Shown piece by piece: positions 14,609 to 22,331 of a DNA stretch of 33,768 nt. The position numbers were made by a program, and so were the translations under genes. The notes under the pieces were generated by a model. It searched no databases, had not been told where the DNA came from, and saw nothing but the letters and a program-made list of their open reading frames with translations. The stretch's first letter is position 1. Every line of letters begins with the position of its first letter. Source of the DNA: an uncultured Candidatus Saccharibacteria bacterium (GTDB lineage: Bacteria; Patescibacteriota; Saccharimonadia; Saccharimonadales; Saccharimonadaceae); assembly GCA_945916045.1 (NCBI GenBank), contig CAMEGH010000001.1, positions 1 through 33,768 on the forward strand, given 5' to 3'.

Positions 14609-16420
14609 ATGGACGATCAACAACTTTACGCCATGCGTCACAGCTTGGCGCACATTACTGCAGCGGCGGTGCAGCGCATTTGGCCAGCGGCAAAATTTGG
14701 CATTGGCCCAGTGGTAGAGAATGGGTTTTATTACGATATCGACCTAGGTGATACCAGCATTAGCGAACAGAATTTTGGCAAGATCGAAAAAACTATGCGC
14801 CGTATTATTGCCGAAAAGCAAGAATTTGTGTGCGAAAAGTGCCCGATTGACGAAGCGATCGCCTGGGCGGAAGAGGCAGGCCAGCCATATAAAGCAGAAT
14901 TGCTCAACGATTTGAAGCGCGCCGGCACAACTGTCGCGAAAGACCTTGATGCGAGCGAAATGGGCACGATTGCTGAGGCTGGCGCAGCGCTGGATGAAGT
15001 ATCGTTTTACACGAACGGCACATTTAAGGATTTGTGTCGCGGCCCGCACGTGGCAACTACCAAAGAGGTGGGCGCCTTTAAGCTCATGCGCGTAGCTGGT
15101 GCCTACTGGCGTGGGAACGAAAAGAACCCGCAAATGCAGCGGCTGTATGGTGTGGCGTTTGCGACACAAGAAGAGCTGGATGTATATCTTGAACGGCTTG
15201 AGCTTGCCAAGCAGCGCGACCACCGCAAACTTGGCAAGGAGCTTGATCTATATACGACGTCGCAGCTGGTTGGCGTTGGTTTGCCGATGTTTACGCCACG
15301 CGGCACGGTGCTGCGCGATATTGTGGCGCAATATTCAAACCAATTACGCCAAGCGCACGGTTTCCAAAAAGTATGGACGCCGCACATTACTAAAAAAGAT
15401 TTGTACGAAGCCAGTGGCCACTGGGCGAAGTTTGGCGAAGAGCTGTTTTTGGTGCAAAGCCAAGAAACCAGCGACGAAATGGCGTTAAAGCCAATGAACT
15501 GCCCGCATCATACGCAGATTTTTGCGTCGCAGCCACGTAGTTACCGCGATATGCCAGTGCGCTATCTTGAAACAACGACGGATTACCGTGATGAAAAGAC
15601 GGGTGAGTTGGGCGGATTGAACCGTGTGCGCTCGCTGACGCAAGATGACAGCCACGTATTTGCGCGGCCGGATCAAATCGAGCAAGAAATTAACGGGTTG
15701 CTAGCGGCAGCGCGTGAACTGTATGGCACGATTGGGATGCCGTTGCGTGTACGTCTCAGCTACCGCGATGAGAGCGATGGTTACCTTGGTGAGCCAGCAT
15801 TGTGGCAATCTGCACAACAACAACTGAAAGCGGCGGTGGAAGCGAATGAGCTCGACTTCTTCGAAGAAGAGGGTGAAGCGGCGTTTTATGGCCCAAAAAT
15901 CGACTTTATGGCGACGGATGCAATTGGCCGCGAACACCAAGTAGCCACTGTGCAGCTCGACTTTGTGCAGCCAGAACGCTTCGGCTTGGAATACACGGCG
16001 GATGATAGTTCGAAACAACGGCCGGTGATGATTCACTGTGCGCTGCTTGGCTCGATCGAGCGATTTTTGAGCGTCTTTATTGAACATACGGGCGGCTGGT
16101 TTCCGCTGTGGGCAGCTCCAGAACAAGTGCGTATTTTAACCATCAACGACACGGTGCTGGACTATGTTGAAGAAATAACATCGATTTTATCAGAGGTAGT
16201 GCTAATGCAGCCAGTTAAATATAACGAAGTACGATTTACAACAGACGGCCGCAACGAATCGCTAGGCAAGAAAATTCGCGAAGCCACCGCTGCAAAAATC
16301 CCTGTGCAATTGATTGTTGGGCCAAAGGATAAAGAAGCTCGCGAAGTCAGCGTGCGCACGCAGGCGGGCGAAGAAAAGGTGGCGCTCGAACAGCTAGCGG
16401 AGTATTTGAAGGGGCTGTAA
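14609..16420 (+). CDS. thrS: threonine--tRNA ligase (short form lacking the N-terminal TGS domain)
   Basis: MRHSLAHITAAAV (editing-domain HxxxH), DHRKLGKELDLY, class II motifs and a C-terminal anticodon-binding domain. AAAGGAG SD lies before the ATG at 14609. Confidence 0.92.
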   Translation: MDDQQLYAMRHSLAHITAAAVQRIWPAAKFGIGPVVENGFYYDIDLGDTSISEQNFGKIEKTMRRIIAEKQEFVCEKCPIDEAIAWAEEAGQPYKAELLNDLKRAGTTVAKDLDASEMGTIAEAGAALDEVSFYTNGTFKDLCRGPHVATTKEVGAFKLMRVAGAYWRGNEKNPQMQRLYGVAFATQEELDVYLERLELAKQRDHRKLGKELDLYTTSQLVGVGLPMFTPRGTVLRDIVAQYSNQLRQAHGFQKVWTPHITKKDLYEASGHWAKFGEELFLVQSQETSDEMALKPMNCPHHTQIFASQPRSYRDMPVRYLETTTDYRDEKTGELGGLNRVRSLTQDDSHVFARPDQIEQEINGLLAAARELYGTIGMPLRVRLSYRDESDGYLGEPALWQSAQQQLKAAVEANELDFFEEEGEAAFYGPKIDFMATDAIGREHQVATVQLDFVQPERFGLEYTADDSSKQRPVMIHCALLGSIERFLSVFIEHTGGWFPLWAAPEQVRILTINDTVLDYVEEITSILSEVVLMQPVKYNEVRFTTDGRNESLGKKIREATAAKIPVQLIVGPKDKEAREVSVRTQAGEEKVALEQLAEYLKGL

Positions 16421-16421
16421 C

Positions 16422-16787
16422 ATGCACGACCCATTTGACGACGGGCTTGCTGCTGAACCAGCTGCACGTAAGGCGGGTGAGCGTGATTTGCGCGAAAAGG
16501 TCTACGCTTTGATGGCGGAACTACCCAACGACAAAGTCACGACCTATGGCGACTTGGCAGCGCTGGCTGGCCACCCCAGAGCGGCGCGAATCGTGGGCGG
16601 CATTGCGCACACTGGCCCGACCGATTTGCCGTGGCACCGGTTGGTGAATGCCCAGGGTGGGCTAGCGGTGGGCTTTCCTGGTGGGCAGGATGTGCAGCGT
16701 CAGCTACTTTCCCAGGACGGCATCGATTGTGATGAGCAATGGCGTGTAAAAGAATTTGCGGAGCGACGATGGTATTCGAATCGGTAG
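16422..16787 (+). CDS. alkyltransferase-like (ATL) protein, MGMT DNA-binding fold without the active-site Cys
   Basis: VTTYGDLAALAGHPRAARIVGGIA...LPWHRLVN carries PWHR in place of the MGMT PCHR motif. The ATG lies 1 nt after the thrS stop. Confidence 0.75.
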   Translation: MHDPFDDGLAAEPAARKAGERDLREKVYALMAELPNDKVTTYGDLAALAGHPRAARIVGGIAHTGPTDLPWHRLVNAQGGLAVGFPGGQDVQRQLLSQDGIDCDEQWRVKEFAERRWYSNR

Positions 16788-17662
16788 ATCAGAAGTTGCC
16801 GTTGGTCGTGATCGCTGGGCCAACCGCTAGTGGCAAAACGGCGCTGGCAATTACACTCGCCCAGCAATTCGGTGGCGAGATTATTTGTGCCGATAGTCGC
16901 ACCATTTACAAAGATATGGATATTGGCACGGCCAAGCCGAGCGTAGAAGAGCAGGCTGGCGTGCCGCATTGGGGGTTGAATATTGTAGCGCCGGGTGAAG
17001 CTTTCTCTGTAGCAGATTTTAAACGATACGCAGTAGCAAAAATTGCAGAAATTCGTGCGCGCGGCAGGGTGCCGTTTTTGGTTGGCGGTACGGGGTTGTA
17101 TATTGATGCGGTGGTATTTGACTTTGCCTTTGGCGCGCAGGCAAACGAAGCAATGCGCCGCAAATTTGAAGCCATGACGCTTTCTGATTTGCATAATTAT
17201 TGCACTAAAAACAACATTATTTTGCCCGAAAATAGCCAAAACAAACGCTACGTTATTCGCGCCATTGAACAAAAAAGCATAAGCACCTCTAGAAATACAG
17301 CACCCATTCCGCATACGCTTATTGTTGGAATTGCAACAGAACGGCACATGCTCCGAACAAGAATCGAGCACAGAGCTGAACAATTATTTGCCAACGGTGT
17401 TGTAGAAGAGGCAAAAATGTTGGGCGAAAAATATGGCTGGGAAAGCGAAGCGATGACCGGAAATATCTATCCACTCATTCAGCAATATCTTGCAGGCGAT
17501 ATAACAAAGGCTGAACTGAAAGCACAAAATACCATCCGCGATTGGCGCTTGGCAAAACGGCAGCTCACGTGGTTTCGACGAAATCCACATATGTTATGGG
17601 CGACGCTAGAAGATGCTGAACACTATTTGTCACAAAAACTCGCGCCCCTGGCCCGTATGTGA
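16769..17662 (+). CDS. miaA: tRNA dimethylallyltransferase
   Basis: LVVIAGPTASGKTALAI...ICADSRTIYKDMDIGTAKPS...PFLVGGTGLY. Start at MVFESV is assumed; it overlaps the ATL gene by 19 nt. Confidence 0.88.
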   Translation: MVFESVDQKLPLVVIAGPTASGKTALAITLAQQFGGEIICADSRTIYKDMDIGTAKPSVEEQAGVPHWGLNIVAPGEAFSVADFKRYAVAKIAEIRARGRVPFLVGGTGLYIDAVVFDFAFGAQANEAMRRKFEAMTLSDLHNYCTKNNIILPENSQNKRYVIRAIEQKSISTSRNTAPIPHTLIVGIATERHMLRTRIEHRAEQLFANGVVEEAKMLGEKYGWESEAMTGNIYPLIQQYLAGDITKAELKAQNTIRDWRLAKRQLTWFRRNPHMLWATLEDAEHYLSQKLAPLARM

Positions 17663-17699
17663 TACAATACGTACAAAGGGATAGGTAAGAGACAAACAT

Positions 17700-18299
17700 A
17701 TGATTGACGCATTATTCGGTTCAAAAACAAGAGTAAAACTCCTGCATTTATTTATGAATAACCCAGGAAAGTCGTTTTACGTGCGCGAAATTACGCGCTT
17801 GATTGACGAACAAATTAATTCGGTCCGCCGGGAACTTGCAAACATGCTGAAGGTCGGCATTATTACCAGTGATAGCGCCGATAACAAGCTGTATTACGAG
17901 GTAAACCAACGGTACGAATTTTATGTGCCATTACGGGCAATCTTCTCAGATCAAAAAATGGCCATGCCAGCAGAAGCAGCTTCGGTTGAAAAAGACGATT
18001 GGCGCGCCGAGGTAAAAGGTTTGCCGCATTTGCGTGCTGCGATTACCGCAGGCGTGCTGCAAAAAGGTTCAACCAGCGATGTCGATTTGCTACTTGTTGG
18101 CAATCCGCCAGCTGCTAAGGTAAAATCAGCAGTGAAGCGCATCGAAGAGCACGAAGGGCGTGAAATTAACTACACGACCATGAAGTTTGAGGAATTTTAC
18201 TACCGCCTAAGTGTGCGCGACCGGTTTATTACCGAAATTATCAACGGAAAACATTCTGTACTGGTGGATACTGAACAGTTACTGACAAATCAGAAATAG
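17700..18299 (+). CDS. winged-helix DNA-binding protein with C-terminal minimal nucleotidyltransferase-like domain
   Basis: The N-terminus KTRVKLLHLFMNNPGKSFYVREITRLIDEQINSVRRELANMLKVGII is ArsR-like wHTH. The C-terminus has GSTSDVDLLLVG (a GS..DxD NTase-like motif). Confidence 0.6.
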   Translation: MIDALFGSKTRVKLLHLFMNNPGKSFYVREITRLIDEQINSVRRELANMLKVGIITSDSADNKLYYEVNQRYEFYVPLRAIFSDQKMAMPAEAASVEKDDWRAEVKGLPHLRAAITAGVLQKGSTSDVDLLLVGNPPAAKVKSAVKRIEEHEGREINYTTMKFEEFYYRLSVRDRFITEIINGKHSVLVDTEQLLTNQK

Positions 18300-18309
18300 G
18301 AGAAATGCG

Positions 18310-18948
18310 ATGTTTGATATTGAATGTAAAGGTGGAAACGCTGTAGTAATTACAGCAAAAGGTGAGCAGCTTATCTTTGACCCGAAACTCTCGGTGGCAG
18401 GATTGCCAGATTTGAAGGTAAAAGATGCTGTGGTGGTTGCAACAGAAGATCGTTTGCTACATGCGGGCGAGGGCGAAAAACTCGTTATTAACGGGCCGGG
18501 TGAATACGAAGTTGGCGCGTTTTCGATTAAAGGCGTCGCAGCGCAACGCCATATTGATACCGAAGCCGATGAAAAACGCTCAACCATTTACCGCGTAGAA
18601 ATTGGTGATATTAAGATTGCTGTGCTTGGTAATGTTGCGCCAAAACTCACCGACGCGCAGCTTGAAGCGCTTGGCGTGGTAGATATTTTGATCGTGCCTG
18701 TGGGTGGCGGTGGCTACACGCTTGATGCGACCAGCGCCGTAGCGGCCACGCGTCAGGTTGAACCAAAGGTGGTGATTCCGGTGCATTTTGCCGATAAAGA
18801 TATGAAATACGAAGTGCCGCAAGATGAACTAGAAACGTTTAACCACGAGCTGAGCGCGCCAGTAGAAATCACTGCCAAATACAAGGTAAAATCTGCCGCA
18901 AGCTTGCCGGCAAACCTGACGATGGTAGGGGTGACGCGCACGTCATAG
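18310..18948 (+). CDS. MBL-fold-like protein (Lactamase_B_2/3-like); canonical HxHxDH motif not seen
   Basis: KIAVLGNV...VDILIVPVGGGGYTLDA..A....PKVVIPVHF resembles the UPF0173/MBL family. AGGAG SD upstream. Confidence 0.45.
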   Translation: MFDIECKGGNAVVITAKGEQLIFDPKLSVAGLPDLKVKDAVVVATEDRLLHAGEGEKLVINGPGEYEVGAFSIKGVAAQRHIDTEADEKRSTIYRVEIGDIKIAVLGNVAPKLTDAQLEALGVVDILIVPVGGGGYTLDATSAVAATRQVEPKVVIPVHFADKDMKYEVPQDELETFNHELSAPVEITAKYKVKSAASLPANLTMVGVTRTS

Positions 18949-19024
18949 TGCGCGGCTAGGGGCCTTGCAGGAATTTGCAGGGCCACGCTTACACTTTTTG
19001 TCACGAACCAAAGAACGCCACACA

Positions 19025-19061
19025 CAAAAAATCCGCCCTCATAACAGGGGCGGATATTTTG
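19025..19061. terminator. bidirectional intrinsic terminator between convergent genes
   Basis: 8-bp stem atccgccc/gggcggat (19031-19038 / 19048-19055), A-run upstream and T-run downstream. Confidence 0.75.
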
Positions 19062-19071
19062 TAGTTGCGCC

Positions 19072-19293
19072 TTAGGCTTCTACGGTCGCCTTGCCGCTCT
19101 TCGGAAGGATGCCCTTCTTTTTGAGTGTGCGGATTGCTTGCGTGCTAAGGGTCATGGTGACCTTTTGGCCATCAACTACGAAGGTTTTCTTCTGTAGATT
19201 TGGCTTAAAGACGCGCTTTGTGCGGCGCAAGCTGAAGCTTACGTTGTGGCCGTGTTGGGCGCGCTTGCCAGTTAAATCACATCGAGATGCCAT
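19072..19293 (-). CDS. rpmB: 50S ribosomal protein L28
   Basis: MASRCDLTGKRAQHGHNVSFSLRRTKRVFKPNLQKK is the canonical L28 N-terminus. Confidence 0.93.
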   Translation of the reverse strand: MASRCDLTGKRAQHGHNVSFSLRRTKRVFKPNLQKKTFVVDGQKVTMTLSTQAIRTLKKKGILPKSGKATVEA

Positions 19294-19403
19294 TGTTTTA
19301 CTTCCACTTCTTTTATTAATTAATCAATCCGTACCATTGTAACGGTTTTAGCGGGTTTCGTCAAGCTTTCGTGCTGCGCAGCTTAGCGTGGTATACTAGA
19401 GGA

Positions 19404-20039
19404 ATGGGAATTGACGTCATACATCTTATTACCGTTTTGGGAATTATTTTGGTTTCAATGACGCTGCACGAAGCGATGCATGCGTTTATGAGCTATTGGC
19501 TTGGGGATGATACGGCTAAGGCGCAGGGGCGATTGACGCTAAATCCGCTCAAACACATCGACCCGTTTATGACGATTTTGCTGCCGCTACTACTGGCAAT
19601 TGCTGGCGGTCCGATTTTTGGTGGCGCTAAACCAGTGCCGTTCAATCCACACCGTGTAAAATACGATGAGTGGGGTGCGGCGTTGGTAGCGCTAGCCGGC
19701 CCGCTGACAAACTTTATTATCGCTTTTTTGCTATTTGGCATTATGGCGGTGTTTAATTTGTCGCCGCTAGAAGGGGTTGGCTCGGTAATGATGCTGGCGA
19801 TTGCAGTTAACCTCGGGTTCTTTGTGTTTAATATGTTGCCGATTCCGCCGCTAGACGGATCGCGCGTATTGTACGCGTTGGCGCCAGAATTTGTGCGCCG
19901 CGGCATGGAAATGATCGAGCAATTTGGTATTATTCTGGTGTTTGCGATTGTGCTACTTTCGGGCGGTATGATTGGCCAAATTATGGGCACAGGCATCGAC
20001 GCAATTTTGCAGCTGTTTATCGCGATATTTCGCGTTTAG
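19404..20039 (+). CDS. site-2 protease family (peptidase M50) membrane metalloprotease
   Basis: HEAMHAF (HExxH) and NMLPIPPLDGSRVL motifs within multiple TM helices. Start taken 6 nt downstream of TGgTATACT. A GTG at 19371 is an alternative start. Confidence 0.85.
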   Translation: MGIDVIHLITVLGIILVSMTLHEAMHAFMSYWLGDDTAKAQGRLTLNPLKHIDPFMTILLPLLLAIAGGPIFGGAKPVPFNPHRVKYDEWGAALVALAGPLTNFIIAFLLFGIMAVFNLSPLEGVGSVMMLAIAVNLGFFVFNMLPIPPLDGSRVLYALAPEFVRRGMEMIEQFGIILVFAIVLLSGGMIGQIMGTGIDAILQLFIAIFRV

Positions 20040-20063
20040 TGCGCGTTTCGTGTATAATAAGAA

Positions 20064-20260
20064 GTGTCCCGATGAGACGCATATGATTTTCCTAACATCA
20101 TATGATAGGGCGTTCAATATTCTGGATTTCCGTGGAAGTCCTATGAGAACACCCACCTTGCAACTACGCGGGGAATATCTAGTGTCGAAATCGGGACACC
20201 TTGCATTTTGCAAGATTGAACGAGTTTTTTAATGGGAGCGCCGTAGTGATAGGGCGTTTT
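20064..20260 (+). ncRNA. candidate structured RNA (unclassified riboswitch-like leader or sRNA) with downstream terminator-like hairpins
   Basis: TATAAT at 20053-20058. A perfect 9-bp closing helix (20064-20072 / 20191-20199) encloses about 118 nt, for a ~136-nt element. Inside are a perfect 8-bp hairpin (20080-20087 / 20097-20104), a 6-bp hairpin (20124-20129 / 20136-20141) and a 6-bp long-range pairing (20117-20122 / 20173-20178). Hairpins followed by T-runs lie at about 20199-20230 and 20236-20262. Confidence 0.35.
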
Positions 20261-20309
20261 TGTATTTTTAATAAAAATAATGAAATAACAAACACAGAAA
20301 GACACGCAA

Positions 20310-21209
20310 ATGAAACAGCGAACCGGAGTAAAAGCATTAGTGCGCAGGGGTGGGCAAACGCTTTTGTTGCGCCGTGCGCACGGGCGAGCCTCGATTATGG
20401 GGCAGTTCGAAATTCCGGGCGGCAAAATTGGTTACGGCGAGCAGCCAGAGGACGCTTTGCGCCGCTACCTGGAAAAAGACACGGGCATGCGCGCCACCAC
20501 CGTGCAGCTGTTTGACGTGTTTTCGTATATCGATGCAGATGATCGCAACACGCAGTATGTATATATTGTGTATCTGGTGAACGTGGAAGATGCGACTGTT
20601 TCGTTAAGCGGGCGCTACGATAAAGCGATTTGGCAAAGCCGGTCAAAAATACAACATCGCGACATTACTGAATCGTCCAAACTGTTGCTAGGAATTAGCG
20701 AGCAAAAAGTTGTTACAGATGAAGAAGGCGATGAAACGATCGTTATTGATGACAAAAAAGCAACAGAATATCAATATATTTTGTATTCAGATGGCGGATC
20801 GCGCGGCAATCCTGGGCATTCGGCAGCGGCGTATATTATTGAAAGCCCGGAGGGCGAAATCGTGGAACGAGGCGGGCGCTATTTGGGAATTACCACCAGT
20901 GCGCAGGCAGAATATCACGGCTTGTTGCTTGGTTTGGAACGCGCGCTAGAACTTGGCATTAAAAAAGTAGAATACCGTTTGGATAGTATGATGGTGGTGA
21001 ACCAAATGAAGGGAATTTACACCATTAAAAACCGGGAATTATGGCCGATCAACGAGCGAATTGTTGATTTGCTGACAGAATTTGAAGACGTGCAATTTAC
21101 GCACGTGCGCCGCGAATTCAACACCTTGGCAGACGGTGAAGTAAACCGGATTCTAGATGAGCAGCAGCAAAAGCGCGAAACGACCGAACCGCCATCTGAG
21201 GAATTTTAA
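20310..21209 (+). CDS. fusion protein: Nudix-like domain (degenerate Nudix box) + RNase HI domain
   Basis: The N-terminal GGKIGYGEQPEDALRRYLEKDTGM aligns with the Nudix box Gx5Ex7REUxEExGU. The C-terminus has ILYSDGGSRGNPG, AEYHGLLLGLE, YRLDSMMVVNQM and NTLADGEVN (RNase H DEDD). Confidence 0.75.
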   Translation: MKQRTGVKALVRRGGQTLLLRRAHGRASIMGQFEIPGGKIGYGEQPEDALRRYLEKDTGMRATTVQLFDVFSYIDADDRNTQYVYIVYLVNVEDATVSLSGRYDKAIWQSRSKIQHRDITESSKLLLGISEQKVVTDEEGDETIVIDDKKATEYQYILYSDGGSRGNPGHSAAAYIIESPEGEIVERGGRYLGITTSAQAEYHGLLLGLERALELGIKKVEYRLDSMMVVNQMKGIYTIKNRELWPINERIVDLLTEFEDVQFTHVRREFNTLADGEVNRILDEQQQKRETTEPPSEEF

Positions 21210-21255
21210 ATAGCGCAGCGTTTCATACAATTCCCGCAATAATGCTATAATATGG

Positions 21256-21702
21256 GCAGGCAGTGCACTAGATGATCGCTTGCGTTCTAATTTTAGGTAA
21301 CGTAAGAGGAAAGTCCGGGCAGCGTAGAACAAGATAGTTGCTAACGGCAACCGGGGGCGACCCTAGGGAAAGTGCCACAGAAACAAAACCGCCTCGCCAA
21401 AAGCCAGTGCTGCAAGGTCGTTTACGGCTCGGCAGTTACTGAGAGGTAAGGGTGAAAAGAGTGCCGTGCTTTTTCGGCGCGGGGCGAACTGTCTTCTCGT
21501 TTTTTGTGAAGGCAAGCGCCGGGTAAGAGCCCACAGCGACGCATGGTGACATGCGAAGGAGGTAAACCCTGTCTGCTGCAAGGAGGTGCTGGCGCATTGG
21601 CTGTTCGCCAGTCGGCATCGTTATCCGCTTGATCCGCTCGGCAATGGGCGGGCTAGATAGATGATCATCCACGACAGAACCCGGCTTACCGGTGCAGTGC
21701 CA
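21256..21702 (+). ncRNA. rnpB: RNase P RNA (bacterial type A-like)
   Basis: GAGGAAAGTCCGGGC (about 21307-21321), AGGGAAAGTGCCACAGAAA, GGTAAGGGTGAAAAGAGTGC and ACAGAACCCGGCTTAC (21674-21689). P1 pairs ggcagtgcac with gtgcagtgcc. TATAAT at 21246-21251. Ends are approximate. Confidence 0.9.
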
Positions 21703-21704
21703 AC

Positions 21705-21740
21705 AAAAAACACCCCCGTAAGGGAGGTGTTTTTTGTTTT
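21705..21740. terminator. bidirectional terminator shared by rnpB (+) and rplT (-)
   Basis: Stem aacaccccc / ggg(a)ggtgtt with a GTAA loop, flanked by an A-run and a T-run. Confidence 0.7.
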
Positions 21741-21792
21741 GCGGCGCATTTTGTTGCGCAAATAAAGTGGGGGGACGAACCCTCCTGATACT

Positions 21793-22134
21793 TTATTTTG
21801 CAGCTTTGGCGACTGCTTCAAACGCTTTTGGTTCGTTTGCGGCAAGTTCTGCCAAGATTTTGCGGTCAACTTCGACGTTGGCTTTTTTCAAACCAGCCAT
21901 CAATTTGCTGTAGGTTGTGCCGTTCAGGCGCGCCGCGGCGTTGATGCGGGTGATCCATAGGCCACGCAAATCACGCTTTTTGTTGCGGCGGTCGCGGTAT
22001 GAATACTGCAACGCGCGGATAACTGCTTGCTTGGCAAGGCGGAAACTGCGGGTGCGGTTGTGTTGCATACCCTTGGCAGCTTTGAGAATCTTTTTGTGCT
22101 TCGCTCGTGCGGCAACTCCTCGTTTTACTCGCAT
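21793..22134 (-). CDS. rplT: 50S ribosomal protein L20
   Basis: [22 protein letters not shown]...[24 protein letters not shown]. Confidence 0.95.
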   Translation of the reverse strand: MRVKRGVAARAKHKKILKAAKGMQHNRTRSFRLAKQAVIRALQYSYRDRRNKKRDLRGLWITRINAAARLNGTTYSKLMAGLKKANVEVDRKILAELAANEPKAFEAVAKAAK

Positions 22135-22331
22135 TATTTCACTCCTAGTGCTGATTTAACATTTTTCTTCATGCCACCAGTTACTTTCGCAACAGTGTTG
22201 ATGGCGCGTTTGCGGCGTTTGCTCTTCTTGGCAAGCATGTGTCCGCCGAAGGCGCGTTGGCGGGTAACTTTACCAGTTGAGGTAAGCTTTACACGCTTTG
22301 ACGTACCTTTGTGGGTCTTTAGCTTTGGCAT
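22134..22331 (-). CDS. rpmI: 50S ribosomal protein L35
   Basis: [27 protein letters not shown] stop/start overlaps occur at both ends. Confidence 0.95.
   Translation of the reverse strand: MPKLKTHKGTSKRVKLTSTGKVTRQRAFGGHMLAKKSKRRKRAINTVAKVTGGMKKNVKSALGVK

Noticed and set aside
16700-17383. Minus-strand ORF 16700-17383 (227 aa).
   Set aside because: It is antisense to miaA (P-loop and conserved motifs on the plus strand).
20068-20199. Hammerhead-ribozyme-like core words: cCGAUGAG at about 20069-20076 and CGAAA at about 20186-20190.
   Set aside because: The topology is wrong. The strand after GAAA pairs directly with the strand before GAUGAG, so there is no stem III or cleavage-site arrangement. 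The conserved U4 is also a C.
20064-20200. Possible SRP (4.5S) or 6S RNA in the M50/Nudix spacer.
   Set aside because: It lacks the conserved SRP helix-8 sequence (GGAAGCAGC with a GNRA tetraloop context). It is too short and has no central-bubble architecture for 6S. It is kept only as an unclassified RNA candidate.
21363-21869. ORFs 21363-21581, 21436-21672 and 21621-21869 (minus strand).
   Set aside because: They lie inside or antisense to RNase P RNA and its terminator, with no coding signatures.
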